The translations under genes and the position numbers were made by a program. DNA of 63,434 nucleotides, filler included, from Chrysochromulina tobinii (lineage: Eukaryota), in assembly GCA_001275005.1 (NCBI GenBank). It is 6 parts of 6 records of this genome, joined end to end, with 100 filler letters (N's around TTAATTAATTAA, not from the genome) between each part and the next. Parts side by side here need not be neighbours in the genome. Positions count along the whole stretch, not along the records: positions 51,772 to 60,866 come from JWZX01000751.1; positions 60,967 to 63,434 come from JWZX01000761.1; 4 more parts are not named here. One strand, 5' to 3'. The notes under the pieces were generated by a model. The model was not told the origin of the DNA. It did no database searches and saw only the letters and a program-made list of their open reading frames with translations. Positions 54,701 to 63,434 of the stretch are shown here, one piece after another (within the stretch, counting starts at the first letter, position 1; each line of letters begins with the position of its first letter).

Positions 54701-55654
54701 TTCGCCTGCCTGCGACTGCTCTACTTTTTCCAAGGGTATCGCAAGCTGGGGGCCCTCATGCACTCTCTATTTACGATCATCATCGACATCGGCCCTCTGT
54801 TAATCCTCCTCATCGTCTTCATCATCGCCTTCTGCTCCGCGGTCTCCATCATCATCACCCAACACTTCGGCCAAGGCCCGGTGGGGGGGGACAAGCACGA
54901 CGCCAGATACAAGCAGTGGCACCAATTTTGGGACGCCATGCTCGTGATGATCAATTTGGGCGTCTACACCCAGTCGGACCCTGCGTTCATGTCGTACGGC
55001 ACTGATCCGCAGTTTGAGGGCGCTGAGCAGCGCTTCATGCTCATCCTGTACCAGTCATATATGCTCTTCGTACAGCTGGTCCTGCTCAACATGCTCATCG
55101 CCATCATGTCCGAGTCGCATCACCGTGTCTCGGAGCAGTCGCAGCTCGTCGCACTCTTTGGGCACGCAAAGCTGATCCTCGAGTACGAGGGCGACGAGGT
55201 GGCGCGACAGAAGAAGAAAGCCAAAGCGTGGGAAGCCGCGCTCAAGCGACGGCATCGGAGCGTCGGTGGCGACGACTCGTTGGACCTGGTACGGCTGCAG
55301 AAGGAGCACGAGGAGCGCCATCTGCTCAACTTGCAGCGCGTGTGCCCGCGCTGGCTGCACATCCTCAAACCGCCCGAACGCCAACGCTCGATCCAGACGA
55401 CGGCGGAGGAGGAGGCCACCCTGCGCCAGTACCAGGAGCTCAAGCTCCTGATTGAGCTGAGCAGCCGCGGGGGGGCCGAGGAGCGGGCTCGCCTCATGCA
55501 GGCGATGCGCGTGGAGATGAGCCAGCTGCGCGAGGACCTCAAGCAGGACATGGAGGCGGCCGTCAAGGGGCGGGATGAGCAGCTGCGCGAGGACCTCAAG
55601 CAGCATCTAGCCACTCATCTGGAGGCGGCCGTCAAGGGGCGGCAGCCCGGGTAA
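51773..55654 (+). CDS. WD40-ankyrin-TRP cation channel (5'-truncated)
   Basis: Many WD40 blades ('VVGGFDKKVTMY', 'VGGRDKTVALY'); ankyrin 'TGASLLHF', 'GRTCLHAALEQG'; 'LIKFKW', 'YLSSMWNWCD', S4-S5 'LRLLYFFQGYRKLGAL', S6 'VLLNMLIAIMSES'; C-terminal coiled coil. Confidence 0.9.
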   Translation, partial: GAGGGEKAARLAENGVECPGVVCEPLLWLECPAHCVAFSQGKIAVAGDQLVTVFDTESGATLCKMPRTSRVRCCALTSTGSIVVVGGFDKKVTMYNVCAGTEMSHFTCADDSVWSVHLSADSSLLAIGSGQTTNTAKGYVCLYDANAHGPGPTGGTSPGLLARWDHPRVVWCVRLSPDGTVLVAADWNMKMTVYDTHPSQLRQIQQLELFTSMSFSCLGRSMQFSPDNSHLALGCWSGNAHLYRLSRATSGARTAAAGAPAPPSCTPSLSGNFVLGTPEPPPPPLEMYEIARVKRTDRVYAVGLDAHGQHMCVGGRDKTVALYEIEPDGAQHKTSLIWTAVAEDFVYAVALSADLTYCVYGGTNKAVVVLDGRTGVPDWRVALPGAVWCISMLPDSSRMAVGGELPTVNVYDLANQRDVLQLPTEMLTYDITISPDALCFTNGHFASLYGRGGTEYAWHDPPSFRAISSLIATMLTSEEQLLHSMRLILDAHPAIVNARDPDTGASLLHFVISHANQPKLFELLMSAQCLIGMQADAHGRTCLHAALEQGKWRSVQQLLEALRHKRFSIIPGSMRLVAECLEAIAVDYPLDFLQYISNMPLDPEPEVLGDIDAFGVKLDSVLLCGTTQRCPKGIWKAKLAQYSRTSHQEDAEPAPRHGSTRTLSSTRITELFKPMAHKPESGGTTAAAVANDRSIEIGYSKKAGGGLQAYRVPMENFAGLLEHGPTPVSPLQLVVDAVAKTRDYSVFDSELVEHLIKFKWKSFAKEAFYHELLMYVFDMIWVLYFNMEAAGTLEYTWSDLLGSGVEITTPQGWFFFGLVWTSIYCARKLSTEIRQLRNLGALTYLSSMWNWCDIIAIFGQLTINVLLCLRDEDGVLLIPGLTQQFGSANGLPNATARRLAERGPPLEAAAGLSGGGVGGRAAAGWPVMVDEEPGESMHHAMRWLKGRSSGRSYDDGSGVIDNEIGLLIYLQSLVCLFACLRLLYFFQGYRKLGALMHSLFTIIIDIGPLLILLIVFIIAFCSAVSIIITQHFGQGPVGGDKHDARYKQWHQFWDAMLVMINLGVYTQSDPAFMSYGTDPQFEGAEQRFMLILYQSYMLFVQLVLLNMLIAIMSESHHRVSEQSQLVALFGHAKLILEYEGDEVARQKKKAKAWEAALKRRHRSVGGDDSLDLVRLQKEHEERHLLNLQRVCPRWLHILKPPERQRSIQTTAEEEATLRQYQELKLLIELSSRGGAEERARLMQAMRVEMSQLREDLKQDMEAAVKGRDEQLREDLKQHLATHLEAAVKGRQPG

Positions 55655-56138
55655 TGTTCTTTGCTAGAGCCAGAAGGCCCACTCGCCTCTGCACCGCGCG
55701 CGTGCCTTGCGGCCCTGCACCTGTCGGTGACGATGTGTAGAAGAGATACCGTATAGTACAGTATTAGTAAGTAAGTAAGTAATAAACGCCAGTGGTGCGG
55801 CGGTGCCCGACCTTTTATGGTACCGTAGATAGAGAGTAAGTGGCTAGTGCTTGCCATATTACCAATCGTGCGAGAAATCGGGCACGGGGGGGCGTCGCGA
55901 ACGCGATCTCGTGAGAGCTGTCAGCTGAGACCGGACCGCCCGCAGCACGTCCGATTTCTCGTCCCGACGTAGTACTGATTTCCGCAATGATTTCCGTATC
56001 GTGCGTAGACCGGCTGATACGGCGAATGGAACCGAGAAGGCAAAAAGTCTGCGCCCTCCACGTTTTGACTCCACGGGACCTGTGGTCGTGTGTTTGCCGA
56101 AACGTTCATGCCTGAAAAGGTCGTGCCTGTGTGCACTT

Positions 56139-57272
56139 ATGCACTTGCTGCTCGTGGCCACGCTGTCGGCCGTGCGCCCAGGCTACGCGATCAAAGCGCA
56201 CTATGCGGTGCCACCGACCGTGCAGCCGGGCTCGCCGCTGCCAGAGGTGCTCCTCGCCTGCGACGAGGATCTCTTCCCAACCCTCTCGCGCGCACGCAAG
56301 TACCTGCGGCGAGGTGCCATCATCGTCAATGGAGCTGAGGCACGCTGCATCTCCACAGCGTCTCCGGGTGACATGATCGAGCTCCAAGAGCGGACTGCGC
56401 CCGGCTTCATGCCGCGCGGCAAGCCACCCTTTCCGGTTGAGATCGTGTACGACTGCAACAGCTTCGCCATCGTCTTCAAGCCTGCCGGCGTGGTGACTCA
56501 CCCACCTCCAGGCGGCGCGACGGGCAGTCAGTCGATGCGCACGGCCATTCAGTATGCGCTCACGGCGCCACCGATCGGCATGCCGGGGGCGCTCTACCGG
56601 CCGCACCTGTGCCACCGGCTCGACAAGCCGACGAGCGGTCTGCTCGTGTGCGCGAAGACAAAGCCGGCGCTGCTCGCGCTCAACCGCGCGTTCGCCGAGC
56701 GGCGGGTGGCGAAGCGGTACCACGCCATCGTCGGCGGCGCGGTCGTGGGCGAGCACGGCCGTATCGAGCTCGCGCTGGACGGGAAGAGCGCGGTCACCAC
56801 TTGGCGCGTGCTCCGGCGGGCGCGCTCCCTGCGTGTGGGCGGCGGCCACTTGACGTCCCTCGAGCTATGCCCTCTGACCGGCCGAACACACCAGCTGCGC
56901 CGCCACTGCGCTGAGGCCCTCGGCTGCCCGATCTTGGGCGACAAGGAGCATGGCGGCGAGGACGTGGGCAGCGGCCTCTACCTGGCTGCCCTCGGTCTGT
57001 CCTTTGTACATCCGGACGACGGTGCGCCGGTGACGGTGGAGGCGCCCGAGCCGCGAAAATTTGGCGAGCTGCTCAGGCGCGAGCACGAGCGGTGGGGCAG
57101 GCTGAGCGAAAAGGCACGTGGGCACTCCTGGGAGAGCGGCGAGGCCATTGGGGAGGCCCTTCGAGACTGCGCAACTGGCGAGACCGCCGGTGAAAGTGTG
57201 CCTGAAGGTGAAGCGCGCGACGATGGCACGATGCAAACCCTCAGGCTCAGCTCTCACCTCAGGCGCGGTTAG
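56139..57272 (+). CDS. RluA/RluD-family RNA pseudouridine synthase with S4 domain, likely plastid-targeted
   Basis: 'KPAGVVTHP', catalytic 'HRLDKPTSGL', 'TGRTHQLRRH', 'PILGD'; N-terminal signal-like peptide. Confidence 0.92.
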   Translation: MHLLLVATLSAVRPGYAIKAHYAVPPTVQPGSPLPEVLLACDEDLFPTLSRARKYLRRGAIIVNGAEARCISTASPGDMIELQERTAPGFMPRGKPPFPVEIVYDCNSFAIVFKPAGVVTHPPPGGATGSQSMRTAIQYALTAPPIGMPGALYRPHLCHRLDKPTSGLLVCAKTKPALLALNRAFAERRVAKRYHAIVGGAVVGEHGRIELALDGKSAVTTWRVLRRARSLRVGGGHLTSLELCPLTGRTHQLRRHCAEALGCPILGDKEHGGEDVGSGLYLAALGLSFVHPDDGAPVTVEAPEPRKFGELLRREHERWGRLSEKARGHSWESGEAIGEALRDCATGETAGESVPEGEARDDGTMQTLRLSSHLRRG

Positions 57273-57890
57273 GCACCTCCAGTATCCCGTACTTTACGGT
57301 ACCTGGTATTATGTCCCTTAGCATAGGAAGATGCTACCATTGGATGCTACTGTAACCACGTATCACGCGCTGCACGTAGGATACAATAGCGCCGAGTCGA
57401 GTTGGGACGGTTCGACCACGAAGCCCGCCACAAAGGACGGTCCTGCCTGAGTCTCAGTTCAATCCAACCTAATTCGGGTCACACAATTCTAGGTGTACCC
57501 GGACTCCCCGATTTGGTTAATGTCTGCATGCATGCAACTGTCTCTCAGGGGACGGGTAGGCACAAAAGACCTCCCGCCATACCGGCACGTAGAGCGCAAA
57601 GTGTGGAAGATGAAGATTGGAGTCGTTTCAGCCACTCGAAATTAGTTCCTTCAAATTCTCTCACAGGGCGTGCGGGGCGCAGATGAACCTTTCTTCAAGT
57701 AAGGTGTGTGTATTCTGATCGGGCAGTAACAGTGCCGTAGCACGCGGTTGTCGCGTCTGTCGTGTTAACGTTCACAGGCTGTGTGAAGCCAAGGTATTTT
57801 GACGTATCCTACGGTCTTCCCCCTCTTTCTCCCCTCTTTTTCTCTTTTCACCACTCTATAAGAGATACACCATCGAGAACAGGCGAGAGA

Positions 57891-60866
57891 ATGTGTTTTG
57901 GAGCTCGAATTGTTGAGCTGATGTGGCCAAATGGTTCAAAGGTCGATATTCGAGGCGAAGTCGGATTTCGATGCACATCTCCAAAGATCGCGAGACAGCA
58001 CATAGCTGGAGGGCCATGGGCGGGCACTGACCCCACCCACTCATTTACGCCGTGGCACATTGCGCAAGCGACCATGCTTGGCGATCTCAACCCTATGCCA
58101 CTATGGGCTCCTGTGCTGATGGCAAGAAACAAGACCAACATCACCTTTGGCGGCGTCCCGAGCCCAACAGTTGGCCGCTGCGAGGTTACGTACAGCACGG
58201 ATGACATCTTTGGAAGCAACCTGTCCGTGCTCTCCACGGGCAACGGTGCTTTCAACACTTTTGCAATGGTACAACCATGGCACAACCGAGATGGACTCAG
58301 GGAGATGGACTCGAAGTATGACATCACTACACAGTCGCTCCCAGCCTTCTACTCCATGACCGTCATGGGCGGTGTCGCTTCGGGGCGCATCGGCGGCCAA
58401 CTGCGCCTGCGTGAGGGCACACCAGACAAGATCGTACTCGAGGAGCTCTTCGATGCGGGCAAGATCGGGGACGCCGACATCAAATACTCGTTCCCGTACG
58501 ACCAGACGAACTGGAAGGAGGACCCGGAAAGCGGCGAAAAGGGCGGGGTGCCTTTGCGGTGGGTGGAATGCTTGGACGGCGCACTCGTGCTGTTCAGGCT
58601 CGGGTTGCTCGTCTTTGCAGTTTGCTCGGAGCCGGAACAGTCCGGACTAAACAAGTGCAACGGAATTTGGGCCAGGCGCAATCGCTCCTACCGGAACAAG
58701 TGGCGCTTTGCGATGTGGGCGAGGCACAATCGCTCCTTCCGTAACAAGTGGTTCAAATTGGCCTTGCTCGCGTTCTTGGTCCCACTGGTCAGCGCTGTGG
58801 CGACGACGACGACGACGCCGACGCCACGCAATGGCCATGGAACTGGTGCATATCAGGCAGAGTCGGGCGTGCAGATGCCACCGCTGCGACCGCCGCAGCT
58901 CACTCCATTATGCACTGATGATGAGGACAGCGGCGCCTTTGGCATCAGCGGCGCACCCATGCCGTGCTCCTACTTTGCTGCGCAGCCCTCTGTTTGCGCT
59001 TCCTATCCCATCGCGCACACCACTTGCCGAGCCGCGTTGCGGCACGTGTCCGCCCCCCCCGCCTGTTCCCTCGGGCATAACGGTATTGGCTGACGCCGCC
59101 AAAACGAGCCATGGTGCTCCTGCTGCCAGGATGTACCTAGTGCAGCACGTATCGCTACCTTGGCCGCCGATTCCACCTCCTCCACCTGTTCGGATGCCAC
59201 TCCCGACGCCCCTCATGCCCAACCATCGCCGTGAGCTGCAGCATGCCCAGCCACCGCCCTCGCCACCACCACCTTCTCCTTCTCCTCCACCGCCTTCTCC
59301 TCCTCCGTCGCCGCCGTTTCCACCAGTAGCGATGGGGGCCACGTTGGTGAGCTCCGTCGCCGACCTGACCAGTGCACTCGCTAACACAGCCGTTGCCCAC
59401 ATGGTCCTGATGCCCGGCACCTACTTCCTCAGCGGCGAGCTCAGCGTCACCAGGAGCATCGTCATCGAAGCGGTGGTGGCAGGCTCGGTTGTGCTGCACG
59501 CGCAGGCGAGCGCCTCGAGTTCGCGTCGTGTGCTGTACGTCAGCCCGGGGCCGTCCGGCGTCGTGCAACTGATTGGGCTCAACATCACGGGTGGCTTCAC
59601 TTATTATTTTGGAGGCGGTGTCTATGTCAATTCAGGCACAGTGACCTTGTCATTGTGCACCATCAGTGGGAACACAGCTAATCCGTCTTTTTGGGCTAAT
59701 GCACAAACATTTGGAGGCGGTGTCTTTGTCTATTCTGGCACTGTCACGATAACGTCTTCCTCGATCTACGGGAATACAGCTTACGATGGATATAATAGTG
59801 CATATCAAAATGGACCGTGCATGTCCTGTAGCGGATATGGCAGTGGTGTCGCAGTCTTCGGAGGCACAGTGACCATCTCATCGTGCACCATCAGTGGGAA
59901 CACAGCTGGCTCTGGGGACGGCGGTGTCTTCGTCAATTCAGGTAAAGTCGCATTCATGAGTTACCAAATACACAACAACGGGAACAAGAATGTCCGCGTC
60001 GCAGCAGGAGCCACCGCCTGCTCCTTCGGCATGATCCTCATCGGCCTCGTGGGCGTAGTCTCAGCTTGCCCGGCACCCCCACCGCAACTTCCGCCTCCGC
60101 CCTCCCCCTCGCCACCCGAGCCCTCACCTCCTCCTGCCCCTCCTCAACCTCCGTCTCCACCGGCACGCCCACCGTCGCGCCCTCCCTTACCACCACCGCC
60201 CAGCCCGCCGCCGCCCTCGCCCTCACCGCCGCCTCCCTCGCCCTCGCCACCGCCGCCCTCATCGCCGTCGCCATCGCCTGAGCCGTCCCCGCCGCCGCCG
60301 CCGTCGCCCTCCCCTCCGCCGTCCCCGCGTTCCCCTTTGCCATTTGGTGTCCCGCCCTTACGACCATCGCCCTCGCCGCCTCCGCCCTCGCCCTCCCCGC
60401 CGCCGCCGTCGCCCTCGCCGCCACCTCGTCCGCCCTCGCCGCCGCCGCCCTCGCCGCCGCCCATCGCGTGCGGCCCCAGCACCTTCTACAACTCCATCAC
60501 CAACCAGTGCGAGACGGCAATCACATGCGGCCCTGGCACCTACTCCAACTCCATCACCCAACAGTGTGAGATTGTTGAGATCGCGTGCGGCCCAAGCAAC
60601 GGCCGGCGCATGGCCACCGCGGTGCCACTCGAGATCGCCGGCTCTGCCGATTTCGCCCAGATCCTTGCCGACCACGTGCTCGACCTGGTGAGCAGCTACC
60701 TCGAGAAGCACGCAGAGGTTACCGCAAGCCTCAAGGATGAAAAGCTCCGCTCACAACTCAAGCTGCTTTTTGGGCAGCCGAGCGTCGGCGTGTTCTCTTT
60801 GCCCATCCCTGCACCTTCCTGGGCAGCATCGTCGCCTGCACGCGAGCTGCATTCCAACCTCCGCCG
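57891..60866 (+). CDS. Mosaic surface-protein locus: unknown beta-rich segment, ShK-like Cys module, PMP-like right-handed beta-helix, Ser/Pro stalk (frameshift near 59035; 3'-truncated)
   Basis: Repeated 'GGGV.V.SGTVT....I.GNTA' units; 'CSYF...C..YP.A..TC / CGTC' split across two frames; SPPPP repeats; tandem 'CGP.T..NSIT.QCE' modules. Confidence 0.6.
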
Positions 60867-60966
60867 NNNNNNNNNNNNNNNNNNNNNNNNNNNNNNNNNN
60901 NNNNNNNNNNTTAATTAATTAANNNNNNNNNNNNNNNNNNNNNNNNNNNNNNNNNNNNNNNNNNNN
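60867..60966. other. Artificial contig-joining linker
   Basis: N-run + TTAATTAATTAA + N-run. Confidence 0.98.
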
Positions 60967-62245
60967 AGATGTGTTGATGGAAGAGGTCGCCCGGAAAGGG
61001 CTCGGCTCTGAGGGATGCGACGGAGGCCGGCAGGCGGTTGCGCAGAGACGCCCACTTGGGCGGGTCGTGCCTTGCGTCTTCGCAGGCGGCGGCGACGTCG
61101 ACGCCGAGCTGGTGCCCATCGGCGATGCGGCCGCCAATGGCGGCGGCGAGGATGGGCGCGTGGGGCTGTGCGGCGCGGGTGATGGAATGGGCGATCGCGC
61201 GTGCGAGCGCGCGGTTCAGCGCAGGGGGGTAGGCGGCAGAGGCGGCGGAGAGACTGCTGCCGTCTGGAGCGAGGCCATGAGCCCGAGCGAGATGGAGCGA
61301 GCGGCCGTGCTGGCACGCGTGTTGATCGAGGAAGCCGAACTCGGCCGAGATGGATGGTGGATGGGCGACGGTGGTCCACTTCTGGAAGGGGGAGTCGAAC
61401 GCGCACTGTGCAAAGGTGCGCAGAACGGCGTGCGCGTCGCTGAGGGCTCTGGAGATATGCTGATGCAGCCAGAGTGGCGCATGATCACGATGGATGCGCC
61501 AGTAAGCCGGTGAGGATTCGTCGCCGCGATCGGCGGGATTCTCGATGGCCCAAGGCGTACCGGCAGCCTCGGCGGCGGTGACGAGGCGGGCGGTGAAAGA
61601 GCCGATGAGGTTGTGCTTCTGAAGGTACCGGGTCCACGGCTGGGGCACGTTGGGGAGACCCATGGGTGTCCGGCGGGAGCGCAGCTGCGGACTGTGGGCA
61701 ACTGAGTATGAGGAGCACGGTGTGGCGATGAAGATGAAGTCGTACTGCCCTGAGGCAGTGGCCGAGACAAGGGCGTCGGCGACGGCCGGGATGGTGACAT
61801 CGTGCTCGTGGCCGCCGATCTTGGTGTCGACGGCGTGGACATGGACGCCTCGAGCGCGGAGGTTGGAGGCGAGATCATCGTGATGTCCAGGGCCGGCGAA
61901 CGCGACGAGAGCTGAAGCCCATGCTAGGTCGACGGTGGGCGCGTTCGCTGCGGCGGCGGCGGGACGGGCGGCGCCGTGCTCGAGAACGGCGGCGGTGGAG
62001 ATGAGGATGGAGGATGGGATGGGCGGATGAGGTGATGAAGAGGGTGGCGGCGGAGCGGTTGGCGGCGGTGGCGGCTCGCGGTCGCTCAGCGAGAGCGGTA
62101 CGAGTGACGCGCTAAACGATCCGACGGGCTGTGTCGGCGTCGGCGGCGGCCTTGATCTTGGCCAGGATTCCGACAGGTACCGGCGTGGCGCCAGTGGTGA
62201 GCGCCGCCTGGGCCTTGCAGGTGAGGCAGCCGCCGGCTGCCCCAC
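60967..62245 (-). CDS. C5 cytosine DNA methyltransferase-like domain at the start of a pol-like ORF (3'-truncated)
   Basis: Motif I 'FAG' (61892-61900), 'HAVD', 'HDVT', motif IV 'ATPCSSYS' (PC at 61715-61720), motif VI 'IENP' (61535-61543), 'QCAFDSPFQKWT'. The frame is open to the contig edge. Confidence 0.78.
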
Positions 62246-63340
62246 GGCAAGTGCCAGTGAGGGATTGGATGGCGCAGGGGAAGTGGGCGAGGCCAGTCCG
62301 GGCGCACTCCCAGTTGAAGTGTTGGACCGCGGAGCCGGCGCCGGCTACTTTCCTGGAGAGGGAAGTGATAGATCCGGGCGCCCACGTGGGGGTTGACCAA
62401 GCGGTGGGGTCGGTCGGGGGGATGGTCGTGTGAGGCGCCGGAGAAGGCGGCGGGGACGACGAGATGGGAGCCGAGGTGGTGACGACGGCGGTGGACGTGG
62501 CGGCAGCGGGCGAACCTGCGGCTGTGGCGGCGGCGAAGGTGAGCTTCGCCTTGCGCTTGCTGAGAGCCGGGGTCGCAGTGGGCGCAGGTTGCGCAGCGGC
62601 GGCGGTGGTGCTCGGAGGCGCGGAGGCGGCGGCGGGGGGCATGGTGCGCTTCGCGCCGGCCTTGGCGGCGGTGGCGGCTTCTGCGAGCCTGCGCTCCTCC
62701 ATGCGGGCGTCGACGTGCAGGTCGGACGCCTGCTTGGCGATGAGCGGGTCCTGGATGAGGACGACAGACTCGGCGGCGAGGCCGGCGAAGTCGACGAGTG
62801 GCAGCGTGGGCTCGCCAGAGGCGAGATCGACGGTGCGCCTGCTGCGCATGCGATGGGCCGCGAGGGCGATGCGGGTGAAGAAGTCCTCGAAGAACTCCTT
62901 CGTGTGAGCAGGGGTGAGGTGGGAGACGGCCTCGGTGGCCATGACCCTGAGACCGATGCCGCCTGTGGCCACGCGGTCGCACCCGGCGACGTCGATCCAT
63001 AGTCGCTGCAAGATGATGTCGGCGTTGCCCATGGCGAGGGGGACGTCGGTGATGTAGCTAGACGAGTTGTCGGGGCTTGACGCGAGGGTGGATCCCCAGG
63101 CGCCGGCCTTGTTGTACGAGCCATGAATTGACGGCTTGCGGCCGCCGAGTAGCTTGACCACTTCATCGTATTTGATGTCGAGCGAGAGGAAGCCGATGGC
63201 GAGCGAGTTGATCTCCGCGCTGACTTGGGCAGCTCGGACATCGACGACGACGGTCTCGATCTGCTCCTTAGCCCATTCGAGGAGGCCATCGTGCGCATCG
63301 ACGATTGAGGCGGCGACGAGGGCTGATGAGAGGGGAGGTA
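62112..63340 (-). CDS. Gag-like ORF with C-terminal Cys cluster (5' end missing or interrupted)
   Basis: The frame stays open upstream of 63161 to about 63365 without an ATG; helical domain, Ala/Pro/Thr linker, 'PCAIQSLTGTCRGAAGGCLTC'. It overlaps the DNMT ORF by 134 nt in another frame. Confidence 0.5.
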
Positions 63341-63434
63341 GAGAGATTAGCCCCCTGCAAGGGTTTCACAGGGGGTGGGCGAAACCCGAAACCCATGGGT
63401 TTCAGACCCAGGAGCCAAGCCTGAAACCCGAAAC

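Larger units (their letters stand above)
60967..63340 (-). mobile_element. Fragment of a DIRS/Ngaro-like retrotransposon carrying a DNMT
   Basis: Overlapping intronless gag-like and DNMT-bearing ORFs. RT, RNase H and tyrosine recombinase are not visible because of the truncation. Confidence 0.55.

Overview
This is GC-rich eukaryotic algal nuclear DNA, not a prokaryotic window. It is most likely a haptophyte (prymnesiophyte, Chrysochromulina-like); this is an inference from bipartite plastid-targeting presequences, GT-AG introns, Ser/Pro-rich surface proteins and PMP-like beta-helix repeats. The window is six unrelated contigs joined by artificial 100-bp N/TTAATTAATTAA linkers, so neighbourhood across linkers means nothing. 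Housekeeping genes include a CaMK-like kinase, a CCB2-like protein, class II PRPP synthetase, RRP46, an SDR, NDC1, RPS25, a COX4-like subunit, myotubularin, a PPR protein and an RluA pseudouridine synthase. The standout is a 5'-truncated >1,290-aa protein (13832-17733, minus). It carries at least 4.5 tandem ~155-180-aa helical repeats that align by eye with phycobiliprotein (phycoerythrin-alpha-like) subunits but lack the bilin-attachment cysteines, fused to two LOV domains. This is a candidate undescribed photoreceptor. Also notable are a DIRS-like retroelement fragment encoding a C5 cytosine methyltransferase, a WD40-ankyrin-TRP channel, and an F-box/actin-fold/UBA gene whose intron begins with a degenerate copy of the next exon. 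All family assignments come from motifs read by eye; no database search was run.
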